Shown here piece by piece: positions 32,618 to 41,800 of a stretch of DNA of 64,000 nucleotides. Source of the stretch: Myxococcota bacterium (GTDB lineage Bacteria > Myxococcota_A > SURF-8). The notes below the pieces were generated by a model. That model was given only the letters and a program-made list of their open reading frames with translations. It made no database searches and had not been told where the DNA came from. The stretch covers positions 2,560,001 to 2,624,000 of the forward strand of contig OZ223209.1 of the NCBI GenBank assembly GCA_965140415.1, in the 5' to 3' direction. Every line of letters begins with the position of its first letter. The stretch's first letter is position 1. A program made the translations under genes and the position numbers.

Positions 32618-32691
32618 CTGTCTGAATTGGTCAACATTACTATTGCCCTGTTGTACTTTCCATCGATTTACCTTCTGTACACCACAGTGCA

Positions 32692-32734
32692 CCAAAAACA
32701 AATGGGCTAGAGGCATTTCTTCCTCTAACCCATT
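32692..32734 (-). terminator. Intrinsic terminator downstream of tRNA-Arg
   Basis: Minus strand AATGGGTTAGAGG-N8-CCTCTAGCCCATT then TGTTTTTG; the one mismatch is G.U on the minus strand. Confidence 0.7.
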
Positions 32735-32742
32735 GTTATGTC

Positions 32743-32819
32743 TGGTACGCCTACCCAGATTCGAACTGGGAACCAACGGGTTCGAAGCCCGGTACTCTAT
32801 CCAGTTGAGCTATAGGCGC
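32743..32819 (-). tRNA. tRNA-Arg(UCG)
   Basis: Minus strand folds as a cloverleaf: GCGCCTA/TAGGCGT acceptor, GCTC/GAGT D-arm, CTTCGAA anticodon loop, TTCGAAT T-loop, encoded CCA. Confidence 0.95.
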
Positions 32820-32820
32820 A
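32781..32820. repeat. att core, left copy (tRNA 5' half through anticodon loop)
   Basis: TTCGAAGCCCGGTACTCTATCCAGTTGAGCTATAGGCGCA, identical to 46875-46914. Confidence 0.95.
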
Positions 32821-32843
32821 CATGCTCACGACGAACGACGCGA

Positions 32844-32872
32844 ACTATATGGCACGACGAAGGAATTGTCAA
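32844..32872 (-). promoter_or_regulatory. Element-borne sigma70 promoter driving the restored tRNA
   Basis: Minus strand TTGACA-N17-TATAGT ending 24 bp before tRNA G1. Confidence 0.75.
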
Positions 32873-32920
32873 TTCTTTCCGATGTCGAAAAGCGTCTGAT
32901 TCACCCGCTACATAGCAATA

Positions 32921-32939
32921 TTGGACCAGAATTGGACCA
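32921..32939 (+). promoter_or_regulatory. Candidate integrase arm-type sites (left)
   Basis: TTGGACCA twice at 11-bp period; matched by (C/T)TGGACCA twice at 46751-46769. Confidence 0.6.
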
Positions 32940-33064
32940 AAACCAGAACGCACCTTGAACATTCCTACCACCTACATCCGTCATCCTGCAAATTATTCCC
33001 TGTTTTCTTGCATTTCTTTTTTTCGCTTCCATGCCTGTAGAATGGGGACAAGAAAGGAGCGGTT

Positions 33065-34192
33065 ATGTCCAAACCGACAAGGCACGGAAACAGATTGAGG
33101 ATAAGGTGGATGGATGAGAACGGGAAAAGGCATTATGAAAGCTTCCCCTTGGACCAGTATGATCTCGCGGCTCTCATGCTGAAGCGCCATAAACAAGCGG
33201 TAGAGGAAATCAAGATGTGTCTTTGTACCGGCAGCGTGCCTAAGAGAACCTTCAGTCAGTTGGCCGATTACTGGCTTGAAGTCTACGCGCCAACAAAACG
33301 CTCGTATCGTGACGATAAGAGCATAATCGACGCGCACCTTCGCCCCACCTTCGGTAAGATGCAGCTTTCCGACATAGGTGTCCAACACGTGGACAGATAT
33401 CGCGCTGCACGGTCCCATCTGGCGGTTAAAACCCTAAGAAATCACATCGTTTTGTTCAAGTCGATGCTGAAAAGAGCTTTTGAAATAGGGTGGCTACGAT
33501 CAGTACCACCTATCAAGCCGCCGAAAGTGCCCAAAAACGGTCAGGATTTCAACTATCTCAAATCGAAGGATGAAATCCGCAGATTCCTTGTAGCGGCTGA
33601 AGAAGAAGGACAGCTTATCTATACTCTCTACAAGACCGCTGTTTTCACGGGAATGCGCGTGGGAGAACTTACGGGTCTGCGATGGGATGATATTGATTTC
33701 GCAAGACGAATTATTACCGTTCAACGTAGTTTCAACAAGCCAACGAAGAACAGTGAGATTCGCCATGTTCCTATCGTTGATGTTTTCTTAGATGATCTGC
33801 ATAAACTGGCCTTGAATCGCCCCCATCCCATGATCGTATTTCCGAATCAGAGAAACAATATGCAGTGCCAGAAGGCGCGAGCCTTCAATGAGATTTTCCA
33901 CAGAGTTTTGAAAAGAGCCGAATTTCCGGAAGTGGAGAGAAACGGAAAGATGCGTCCATACATCCGTTTCCATGACCTACGCCATACATTTGCCAGCCAT
34001 TGGTTGATGGAAGGCGGCGATATTTTCAAGCTACAACGCATTCTGGGTCACAAGTCGCAGGAAATGACACAGCGATACGCACATCTTTCCCCGGATGCAT
34101 TTTCAAAGGATTTTGGGCTGTTTGGCGGCAGGGGAGACATGGACACAGGGAAAGTCTTGGACTTAGCAAAAACGGGGACCAACAGCAACTAA
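33065..34192 (+). CDS. Tyrosine integrase
   Basis: TGMRVGEL, PTKN, FHDLRHTFAS, LGHKS and QRYAHL (R-K-H-R-H-Y); N-terminal arm-binding-like segment. Confidence 0.95.
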   Translation: MSKPTRHGNRLRIRWMDENGKRHYESFPLDQYDLAALMLKRHKQAVEEIKMCLCTGSVPKRTFSQLADYWLEVYAPTKRSYRDDKSIIDAHLRPTFGKMQLSDIGVQHVDRYRAARSHLAVKTLRNHIVLFKSMLKRAFEIGWLRSVPPIKPPKVPKNGQDFNYLKSKDEIRRFLVAAEEEGQLIYTLYKTAVFTGMRVGELTGLRWDDIDFARRIITVQRSFNKPTKNSEIRHVPIVDVFLDDLHKLALNRPHPMIVFPNQRNNMQCQKARAFNEIFHRVLKRAEFPEVERNGKMRPYIRFHDLRHTFASHWLMEGGDIFKLQRILGHKSQEMTQRYAHLSPDAFSKDFGLFGGRGDMDTGKVLDLAKTGTNSN

Positions 34193-34230
34193 AACCGCGC
34201 AATCGATTGCGCAAGCGAAGGAGGTAAGCA

Positions 34231-34437
34231 ATGCAAATTGAAAACAGTATTTTAACGTACAAGGAAGCCAGTGAGTATCTAAACATCAAGCTCGCGACCC
34301 TTTATGGTCTCGTTCACGAGAAACGTATTCCCCATTTTCGGCTTGGGGCGCGCATGGTTCGGTTTCGCCAATCCGAATTGGATCGATGGATGGAGGAAAA
34401 GTATGTCGAAGCGAAGGCGATGGAAAGCCATGCCTGA
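34231..34437 (+). CDS. Excisionase/HTH_17 family protein
   Basis: LTYKEASEYLNIKLATLYGLV...IPHFRLG...RFRQSELDRW; RBS GGAGG. Confidence 0.9.
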   Translation: MQIENSILTYKEASEYLNIKLATLYGLVHEKRIPHFRLGARMVRFRQSELDRWMEEKYVEAKAMESHA

Positions 34438-34464
34438 GGACGCAAACAGCGGCATGGCCAATGC

Positions 34465-34537
34465 CGAAAAGAGAACCGCCCCTGGCGGGGGGCGGCTCTT
34501 CTAAAACTTGGCGTGATGGGATATCACGCGCTCAGCA
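34465..34537 (-). ncRNA. Candidate counter-transcribed RNA between xis and rep
   Basis: Minus strand TTGGCA-N18-TATAGT (34572-34543), hairpin GCGTGAT/ATCACGC, then an 11-bp GC-rich hairpin with one G.U followed by CTTTT. Confidence 0.45.
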
Positions 34538-34643
34538 CCCTCACTATAGCGGAATATCCCCTCTCATGCCAACTGAAATCGAAAGGAAAATGCTCAGATG
34601 AGCGAGGTCTACAAGTATCAATTTCAAACGAGAGGAGTGAGCT

Positions 34644-35444
34644 ATGGCCAGCAGACACCTTTTAGTTCTCGGAGGAGTACAGAAACATCTGTACAAATTG
34701 ATCGAACGCTGGATAAACGGGGAGGATATCGAGTCATTCGATAAATACGAACGAAGAGCGATAACTCTCTACCAAATTGGTGAGGAGAAACAAGCAGGAA
34801 GGCTTTATGCCTGTGCGAACAATAAAGATCATCCTCTCAGTCGATTTGGTTATTACTGTCGCAACAGATTATGTCCGGGATGTGGAAGTTACATTTCCAG
34901 ACAGTATTTCTACAAGCAGCAAAAAGCTATCAAGAAAATGAGGAATCCCAAAGCAATTCTTTTCACGATCTATTCTTTTGGTATGAACGATCTCGTAGAA
35001 ACCATCGATCTCTTCAATGAGGCAAAGCGGAAGATCAGTCGACGGATAGCTTTCAAGCAAGCCGTTCGCGCCATGTCAGGTGTGATAGAGCCGAAACTAT
35101 CCGAGGATGGTCAACGATTCGCGGTCCATTCGCATGCAGCAGTGGATGTGGATGAGGACTATTTCGATATCGATGAATTGAACGCCATATGGAAGAAGTA
35201 TACCCATGGACGAGGAAAGATCGAGTTTCAGTGGGATGAGGACATTAGAGAAGGGGACGAAGAAAAATTCGCGTGGTATGGAAGCAAAGAACACACTTGG
35301 TCGCCGGAACCGAATTTTCTGAATGACGACTGGATCGAATATCTCCGGAAGGGAATCAAATCAAAACGCCTGTACTTCCATTACTCTCCAGGAAGCTCCA
35401 AAAAAAAGGGCGTGGAATTGAAGGGTGAAAGACGATGCGCTTGA
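34644..35444 (+). CDS. Rolling-circle replication initiator (Rep_1-like HUH endonuclease)
   Basis: CRNRLCPGC zinc motif, ILFTI (motif 1), VHSHAAV (HUH), AWYGSK (YxxK). Confidence 0.8.
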   Translation: MASRHLLVLGGVQKHLYKLIERWINGEDIESFDKYERRAITLYQIGEEKQAGRLYACANNKDHPLSRFGYYCRNRLCPGCGSYISRQYFYKQQKAIKKMRNPKAILFTIYSFGMNDLVETIDLFNEAKRKISRRIAFKQAVRAMSGVIEPKLSEDGQRFAVHSHAAVDVDEDYFDIDELNAIWKKYTHGRGKIEFQWDEDIREGDEEKFAWYGSKEHTWSPEPNFLNDDWIEYLRKGIKSKRLYFHYSPGSSKKKGVELKGERRCA

Positions 35445-35469
35445 CAGCAATAGTCTTTAATATTATAAT
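35441..35469 (+). promoter_or_regulatory. Perfect consensus sigma70 promoter
   Basis: TTGACA (35441-35446)-N17-TATAAT (35464-35469). Confidence 0.8.
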
Positions 35470-35539
35470 GAATACAGGTAGTTACGATATTTTGCCCTGC
35501 GCAATCGATTGCGCGGACACAACATCAAACGATGGCCAG

Positions 35540-36637
35540 ATGAAAAGGAATCCTTTCCAACTCAGCCTTTTCGATAGAAATCAAAACGACATTAGAGTTG
35601 AGAATAGCGATGGTTCAATCAGTAGGGTGAAACAAGGCTCCCGCTGTTCCTGCGGTTCGAATCAATCCTGCGAACACTTCAGGCAAGCCCGTCTCTACCT
35701 CGATATGGATCGGGGGCTTTTCTATGACGGCAAAAGCGGATTTCACAAGTCAATTCGTCTCGCGGAGGTTGAGCGCTCCCTTGCTTATGCCCGCATACTT
35801 GATCGCTACAAGAAAGGCACGGCTCGTTCCTATCTTCGAGGTATCTGGGCCGAGGAAACCAGAAATCTCGATCTTCTTGCTCGTTTCTACGATGGAACGC
35901 CAACAGAAGAACTCATTGAACTGTTCTGCCGTAGCTGTAAAGATTGGCAGTGCCCTGAAGACGTAGGGATATTTTCTCGTCGCTGGCTTGAGATTCATCT
36001 TCGTTTCGGTTGCAATCCAAGTGCTGATTGGGAAGTAAGCTATCCTTGGCCAAACGAGGAGAACATCAAGCTAACCATCGCCCAGATGATTGAGGCGGAT
36101 GATTTCGATTCGCTTCTGGAAATGGTTGTCTGTGCAACGAGTTTCGGGCCAACTTCGACTCGATATCGAAAGGCTGTCCGATTTGCGCTTGTTGAAGAAG
36201 TAATGAAGCGCGCAAAGTTGCTGAACGTCCCGCCTGTGGTCGAAAAGCTGAAGGCAACATCATATCACAGTGAGGAATTGGTGGCCCTCTGGCGCATCCT
36301 GGCGGGCAAACGGAACAGTGGGGATGACGAGTACTGTAACAAACCAGTTCAAGGTCGAGAACAAATGGATGTGCCTTTCGTTGAAGACTACGTTTTCGAT
36401 ATGCACACCCGCGAAGGTAAACGACGCCTGAGAAAAGCTGGTCATTTGCTCGCTTGGGAAAAGCCTATGGCGGCAGGAATCGACCTTCGGTATTCGGGGG
36501 CGGAGGCTGGAACTCTTTGGAGATACCTTGCATGGGAGCAACATGGGAGAATCGATGTCCCGTGGGAAGCTGTCAAACTTGATGAAGAACTTTCACTGGT
36601 ATGGAAAAGCCTCATTGGAGGGAGGTTGACGACATGA
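35540..36637 (+). CDS. Hypothetical protein: SWIM-type zinc finger plus RarA/MgsA C-terminal-like helical region
   Basis: CSCGSNQSCEH (CxC..CxH); KSGFHKSIRLAEVERSLAY resembles RarA SAxxKSIR; DYVFDMHTREG near the end. Start placed downstream of the promoter at 35441. Confidence 0.6.
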   Translation: MKRNPFQLSLFDRNQNDIRVENSDGSISRVKQGSRCSCGSNQSCEHFRQARLYLDMDRGLFYDGKSGFHKSIRLAEVERSLAYARILDRYKKGTARSYLRGIWAEETRNLDLLARFYDGTPTEELIELFCRSCKDWQCPEDVGIFSRRWLEIHLRFGCNPSADWEVSYPWPNEENIKLTIAQMIEADDFDSLLEMVVCATSFGPTSTRYRKAVRFALVEEVMKRAKLLNVPPVVEKLKATSYHSEELVALWRILAGKRNSGDDEYCNKPVQGREQMDVPFVEDYVFDMHTREGKRRLRKAGHLLAWEKPMAAGIDLRYSGAEAGTLWRYLAWEQHGRIDVPWEAVKLDEELSLVWKSLIGGRLTT

Positions 36638-37683
36638 AACCGGAACAGGCGGAAAAGCCGATACAAACCCAAAATCTGTATTCTCGGCCCCAAAAACAGG
36701 AGGCTATTCCAGACAATCTTCGCTTCCTTTGGCGGGACGGAATCATTGAAAGCGAGAGCGAAAAGGAACGTCAGGCAAACGAGGAATACCTGAAGCACTC
36801 CCATGCCGAAAGCACTCTCGAAATCTACGGATACGATTGGCGAGAGTTTCTGGCTTTCTGTTCTAAAAGCGACCCTCCCGTTGCATCGCTTCCAGCCGAA
36901 CCGGAAACGATCCTGAGCTTTCTTCGCTGTCAGGCTGAACAGAATCACAAGCCTTCAACAATCACTCGGAAACTGTCGGCCATCCGGTGCTACCATCTGG
37001 AGGCAGAAGTTGAAACGATTCCGACCGACAATCCCAAGGTCAAGCGGATGATGGCGGCGATCCGGCGATTGAAAGGCGTTATGCCGGAACAGAAGAAACC
37101 GCTAACCATTCAACGCCTGAATGCGATCATCGAGAAATGCCCCCCGACCTTGTGCGGCTGTCGGGATAAAGCCATGTTGCGGCTCGGCTTTGCCGGTGGC
37201 TTTCGCAGATCGGAACTGCTTGCCTTGCGGATGGAGGATATCGATCTTTCTGAGGTCGGGGTTGAGATTTTAATAAGACGTTCGAAAACCGATCAAGAAG
37301 GTTATGGAAGGCTGTTGTCCATACCCAGGAAGGACGTTCCCTTGACCTGTCCTGTCGCTGCATTGGAAGAATGGATCGAACGGGGAATGATCCGAGAAGG
37401 CCCCATCTTTCGACGGCTGTATAAAGGCGACAAAGTAGGCGAAACGGCGATCACGGGGCGTTCGTTCGCGAAAATCATCGACAAGTATGTGGAGCAGGTT
37501 GGACTCGATCAGGAGGACTTTAGCCCCCACGCCTTGCGCGCGGGATTTGTTACGAGCGCATACAGAAGCGGAGCCTCCATCGCTCAAATTCAGGGCGTTA
37601 CCGGACACAGAAGCGCGCAATCCGTTCATCGCTACGTTCGCGGCATCGATGGCTTTCGAGAGTACCCGAATATCGAGGAATAA
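36634..37683 (+). CDS. Second tyrosine recombinase (Cre-like, with SAM-like N-terminal domain)
   Basis: GFAGGFRRSEL, RRSKTDQEG, TCPVAAL, FSPHALRAGF, TGHRS and HRYVR motifs; ATGA coupling with the upstream gene. Confidence 0.92.
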   Translation: MKPEQAEKPIQTQNLYSRPQKQEAIPDNLRFLWRDGIIESESEKERQANEEYLKHSHAESTLEIYGYDWREFLAFCSKSDPPVASLPAEPETILSFLRCQAEQNHKPSTITRKLSAIRCYHLEAEVETIPTDNPKVKRMMAAIRRLKGVMPEQKKPLTIQRLNAIIEKCPPTLCGCRDKAMLRLGFAGGFRRSELLALRMEDIDLSEVGVEILIRRSKTDQEGYGRLLSIPRKDVPLTCPVAALEEWIERGMIREGPIFRRLYKGDKVGETAITGRSFAKIIDKYVEQVGLDQEDFSPHALRAGFVTSAYRSGASIAQIQGVTGHRSAQSVHRYVRGIDGFREYPNIEE

Positions 37684-38147
37684 TGAGCGAGGACTTTTCC
37701 CTCATTCGCCAACTGGCCGCAGAGATGGCAAGCAATCTCTTCTACGATGAAATCGAGGGGATCACCCGCTACCATGAAGAAATCGGTTGGCATCTGGCTG
37801 CGCTCTACGAGGTTCATAGGGCGGTGATGGGCTGTGAGTATCCGCTTGCAAACGAAGCAATTTTAGCTGAAGTTCGCGAACGGCTGAACGATGTTATCGA
37901 GGCAAAAAGCTACGAGGACGCGAGAGACGTCATCCTGTTGATCGATGGGGAGGAAAACATATCTGTTCTGCTTCGCTGGTTGGCTGAAACTCCGAATTTC
38001 GTATCCTTCGTGGAAGAAGCGATTGAGGATAAACTTGACGGCGACCGCCCAAGATTTTCCCGGCTTCTCTATTGGGGGAACATGCGGTTCAGGCAGGAAG
38101 TAGGACTTAGCTTGTTGGATGCGTTGCGGGGAATAAATCAGGGGTAA
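37683..38147 (+). CDS. Small acidic helical hypothetical protein
   Basis: TAATG coupling to the recombinase; about 30 D/E against 15 K/R by my count. Confidence 0.7.
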   Translation: MSEDFSLIRQLAAEMASNLFYDEIEGITRYHEEIGWHLAALYEVHRAVMGCEYPLANEAILAEVRERLNDVIEAKSYEDARDVILLIDGEENISVLLRWLAETPNFVSFVEEAIEDKLDGDRPRFSRLLYWGNMRFRQEVGLSLLDALRGINQG

Positions 38148-38328
38148 TTGGTGTACGATAGGCTCAGAGTTTACCCGAAAACAAGATCAAGGTTGCATTT
38201 AAAAGTCCCGTCATTCATTTCGCAGAAACAAAATTTATCATCATGATATTGCAGAGGAATCATTTGATATTTGTGTGTTGCTTGTTCGTAGAAAGCATAT
38301 GATGTTTGCGCCAAAATCCCAACCTGTC

Positions 38329-38784
38329 TCAAAAATCAATGTCTTCAAGTTTTAGGTCTTCTCCCCGACGCGGTAGCCATAATGGCGCAAGTTCCCATTC
38401 AGGTAATTTTGCCCCCGGAATAGCTTGAGATCGGATAATGGCCTCCAGAACACCATTTACACGCCATTCCTCCATGCGACGAGATATGGTTTGAAAAGGA
38501 GGGTAGCCCATCAAAGAGATATCTCTAAGCGACAGCTGCGTCTTTGCCCTAAGAAGGATGGCTTCTGCCATAATTCGATCTGGTACGCGAGGTCTTCCCC
38601 TTCGGCATCGTCTTTCGGGAATATGGGGCTTGATCTTGGCCCATGCTTCATCAGAAAGAATCTCTTTATGTGCAGCTTCGGGCAATTTGTATTTACCTTT
38701 GATGGTTGATGGCAACATGATTGGCTCCCTGATACAATGACGGATAACTTTCTTCATTTTAACTGGGTGTTTGGTGCACATCAA
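38329..38784 (-). CDS. IS5-family transposase N-terminal (DUF4096-like) domain without DDE core
   Basis: LSDEAWAKIKPHIP...GRPRVPDR...EAIL...YPPFQTISRRMEEWRVNGV. Start uncertain. Confidence 0.7.
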   Translation of the reverse strand: MMCTKHPVKMKKVIRHCIREPIMLPSTIKGKYKLPEAAHKEILSDEAWAKIKPHIPERRCRRGRPRVPDRIMAEAILLRAKTQLSLRDISLMGYPPFQTISRRMEEWRVNGVLEAIIRSQAIPGAKLPEWELAPLWLPRRGEDLKLEDIDF

Positions 38785-38896
38785 GGGATTCTATTAAAAG
38801 TATTCGACACGTTAGGCATGGTCTGGTAGACTCTAAGGCGGAGTGTAAAGGTCGAAATATTCGGCTGATACGTTGCTTATCGCAAAGTAGGAGACA

Positions 38897-41800
38897 ATGG
38901 GAAAGTCGTTGGAATTAAACGAGTTATTGGAAGGACTCGGTTACTTGGGGTCGGACTATTTCCTCAAGGGGGCAGAGCTTCAGCGTCACCCGGCCTACGC
39001 CCATTTTTTCCGAAAAGCCAGCGAAGACCTTCATCTTAAAGGCGTGTACTGCCTTAGAGCGAGACCTGAATGTAAAATAGATCAGGATACCGTTGTTCCT
39101 GTCGTTTATGTGGTCGAGCTAGATTCGGATGATCCTGAATCAATTCAAAAGTGGCACCGAAAGGTTTGGAATCAGAGCATCGTTCCTTTTGTTTTACTGG
39201 CCACGCCGTCAAGTTTCAGAGTGTATCGTGGCTTCAGGCATTCGGACGATATAAAAAAAGATACAGTTCTTGATGATCTTCGAGATGCCGCAGAAATACT
39301 GGAGCGTTTCAAGGATTTTTCGGCAAGGTCGATAGATTCCGGTGCAATTTGGGAGCGTATGCAGAAGCATCTTGACCTTGATGCAAGGGTTGACAACCGA
39401 CTCCTTAAAAACCTTGAAGATCTTGGCAACAAACTTATTAAGGAGCAAGGTTTAAACAGAAGGGTTGCCCACACTCTCATTGGGAAATATGTCTTCCTCA
39501 GATATTTAAGAGACCGAAAGCACCTATCGGATAAAAAGTTCCAAGATTTTGGAATCAGTCCTAATGATGTATTCGATTCCCAGGCAAAAATCAGTTCCCT
39601 GTACGAATTGGACGAAAAGCTAAACAACTGGCTCAATGGTGCAATTTTTCCTCTCCCAAAGAGAAGTGGTGAAATCAAAGAGGAGCATGTTAAGGAAGTT
39701 GCGAGAGCTTTTCGAGGGGAAAACCCTAAACACAAACAGACAGAAATGTTTGATGTATTCAATTTTGAGTACGTTCCGGTCGAAACTCTTTCCGCTGTTT
39801 ACGAGCAATTCCTTCATTTCGATGGCAAGGGGAAAGAGCAGGGTGCTTTCTATACCCCTGTCCATCTGGTCAATTTCGTTCTTGAAGAGCTTGATACTAA
39901 ACGGCCATTAAGAGACGGTATGAAAGTACTTGATCCCTCTTGTGGGTCAGGAGCTTTTCTTGTTCAATGTTACCGACTATTGATCGAACGCGAAGTACAG
40001 CCAAGCCCCGAAAAAAAGATCCTTCCCTCCAGATTGCGAGAACTACTGGAAAGGAACATCTTTGGACTGGATATTGATGGAGATGCTTGTAGTGTTACTG
40101 AATTGAGTTTGGCACTTACTTTACTTGATTATGTAGATCCGCCGGATTTGAAACGCTATCCAACCTTTAAACTGCCTGCATTACGAAACAGAAACATTTT
40201 TCATTGCGAAGGCGGTTTTTTCGATGAGTCCTCTGCCTGGAATCAATCTGAATCTGCGATAAATGGATATGATTGGATTGTTGGGAATCCCCCGTGGATA
40301 AAACTCAATTCCTCCATGAAAGGTAAAAGTGCAATATCTGCTCTGGAGTGGATGCGTGAGAAGCAGGAGGATTGCCCTACGGGTGATAATCAGATTGCAC
40401 AAGCATTTGCATGGAAAACCTCTTTGCATCTTTCACCGGAAGGTCTGGCTGGATTGGTAATGCCAGCAATGACGCTCTTTATGCCCAAGGCTAAGCGTTT
40501 CCGCCATCATTTTTTCGAGAATAATGATGTGTGGGCTATTGCCAATTTAGCAAACTTCACCTATCGGCTTTTTGCGGGTAGAGGAAGACTGCCAACAATG
40601 TTGCTGTTTTTCAACAACTCAGTTCCTGATGCAAGTGAAGAACAGTTTTTGACTGTATTTTCCCCTTTCATAGCGGAACAAGAAGCCAGTCGAGATTACA
40701 ATAATGGAGCTTGGAGCATAACAGTTGAACAAAACGCAATCAAACAAATTCCAAGAGACAAAGTAGCATCAGGCGACAGTTTGCCTTGGAAAGCTGCTAT
40801 GTGGGGGTCTTGGAGAGATTTGAATCTATTAAAAAGGATCGAAAGTCGATTCCCCTCCTTTTTAGATTTTGCTTCACAAAAAGAATTATCTATTCATCAG
40901 GGTATAGAGCTTAGAGAATGCGGCTCGTCGCAGGCAGTAGAACCAATGCCAGAATTGGCGGGTCAACCCATTATTGATATGGGAAAAATTAAGAAGAACA
41001 CTCGTAATCTATTTCATCTGCCGGATAATATACTATTTCCAATACCTCCAGAAAAAGCTAATATCAGAATTAGAGGAGGGAAAAGGGCACTCAGAACGAG
41101 TATACCACCGCATATTTTTGTTGATGCCTCACGTAATTATTCAATTTATTCAGACAGTCTTGTCCATATCCCAGCCCGCCAAATCGGAATTGCTGGACAT
41201 GATGAGAAATTACTAAAAGCACTTTCATTGTACTTGTCGTCAGATTTTGCAAAATACCATCAGTTTCTTTTCTCCGCGCAGTGGGGCATTCAAAAATCCA
41301 TTTCCAATCTTGAGACGTTACTAAAATTGCCCATACCTTTTTCCATAATCAATACATCACATATCAATTCATGGGCAAAGCTGCACAATGAATTTGTAAA
41401 AGCGTCGAAGCACATACATGGTGATTTGTTTGTCCAGAATTCATCGAAAAAGAATTATTCAGAGATATTGGATGATTTGAGGAAATCTCTGAATAATCGT
41501 GTATACGAATTGTTAGGATTGAATAACAGTGACCGTAACCTTGTTAAAGATCTCGTGAATGTTCGTATGCATCTTGTACAGGGCAAAGTGCCCAAAGCTG
41601 CAACACGGAGTGCAACCAAGTCTGAGATGGTGGAATACTGCCAGATTCTTGCAAAGGAGCTTGATGAATTTTTAGGCGTAAAGAAGCGTCATGATGTGAA
41701 TGTGTATGCAGGAACTAATAAGGCACTTTTGGTTGTGAGGAATCAGCGTGAACCTCGACCGAACGCAATAATCGATGTAACGCAGGATGAGCATTCATTC

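Noticed and set aside
32607-32915. 102-aa plus-strand ORF
   Set aside because: It is the antisense shadow of the tRNA and its terminator.
34573-34643. pC194-type double-strand origin upstream of rep
   Set aside because: No CTTGATA nick-site match on the plus strand here; origin not located.
35435-35539. ORF-track start at 35435 for the SWIM protein
   Set aside because: This stretch contains a perfect sigma70 promoter and the palindrome, so ATG 35540 is more plausible.
40560-41560. AT-rich segment of the MTase as a swapped specificity domain
   Set aside because: Spot counts give about 19-20 GC per 60 here, but an N-terminal line gave 22 per 60; a sliding-window plot is needed.
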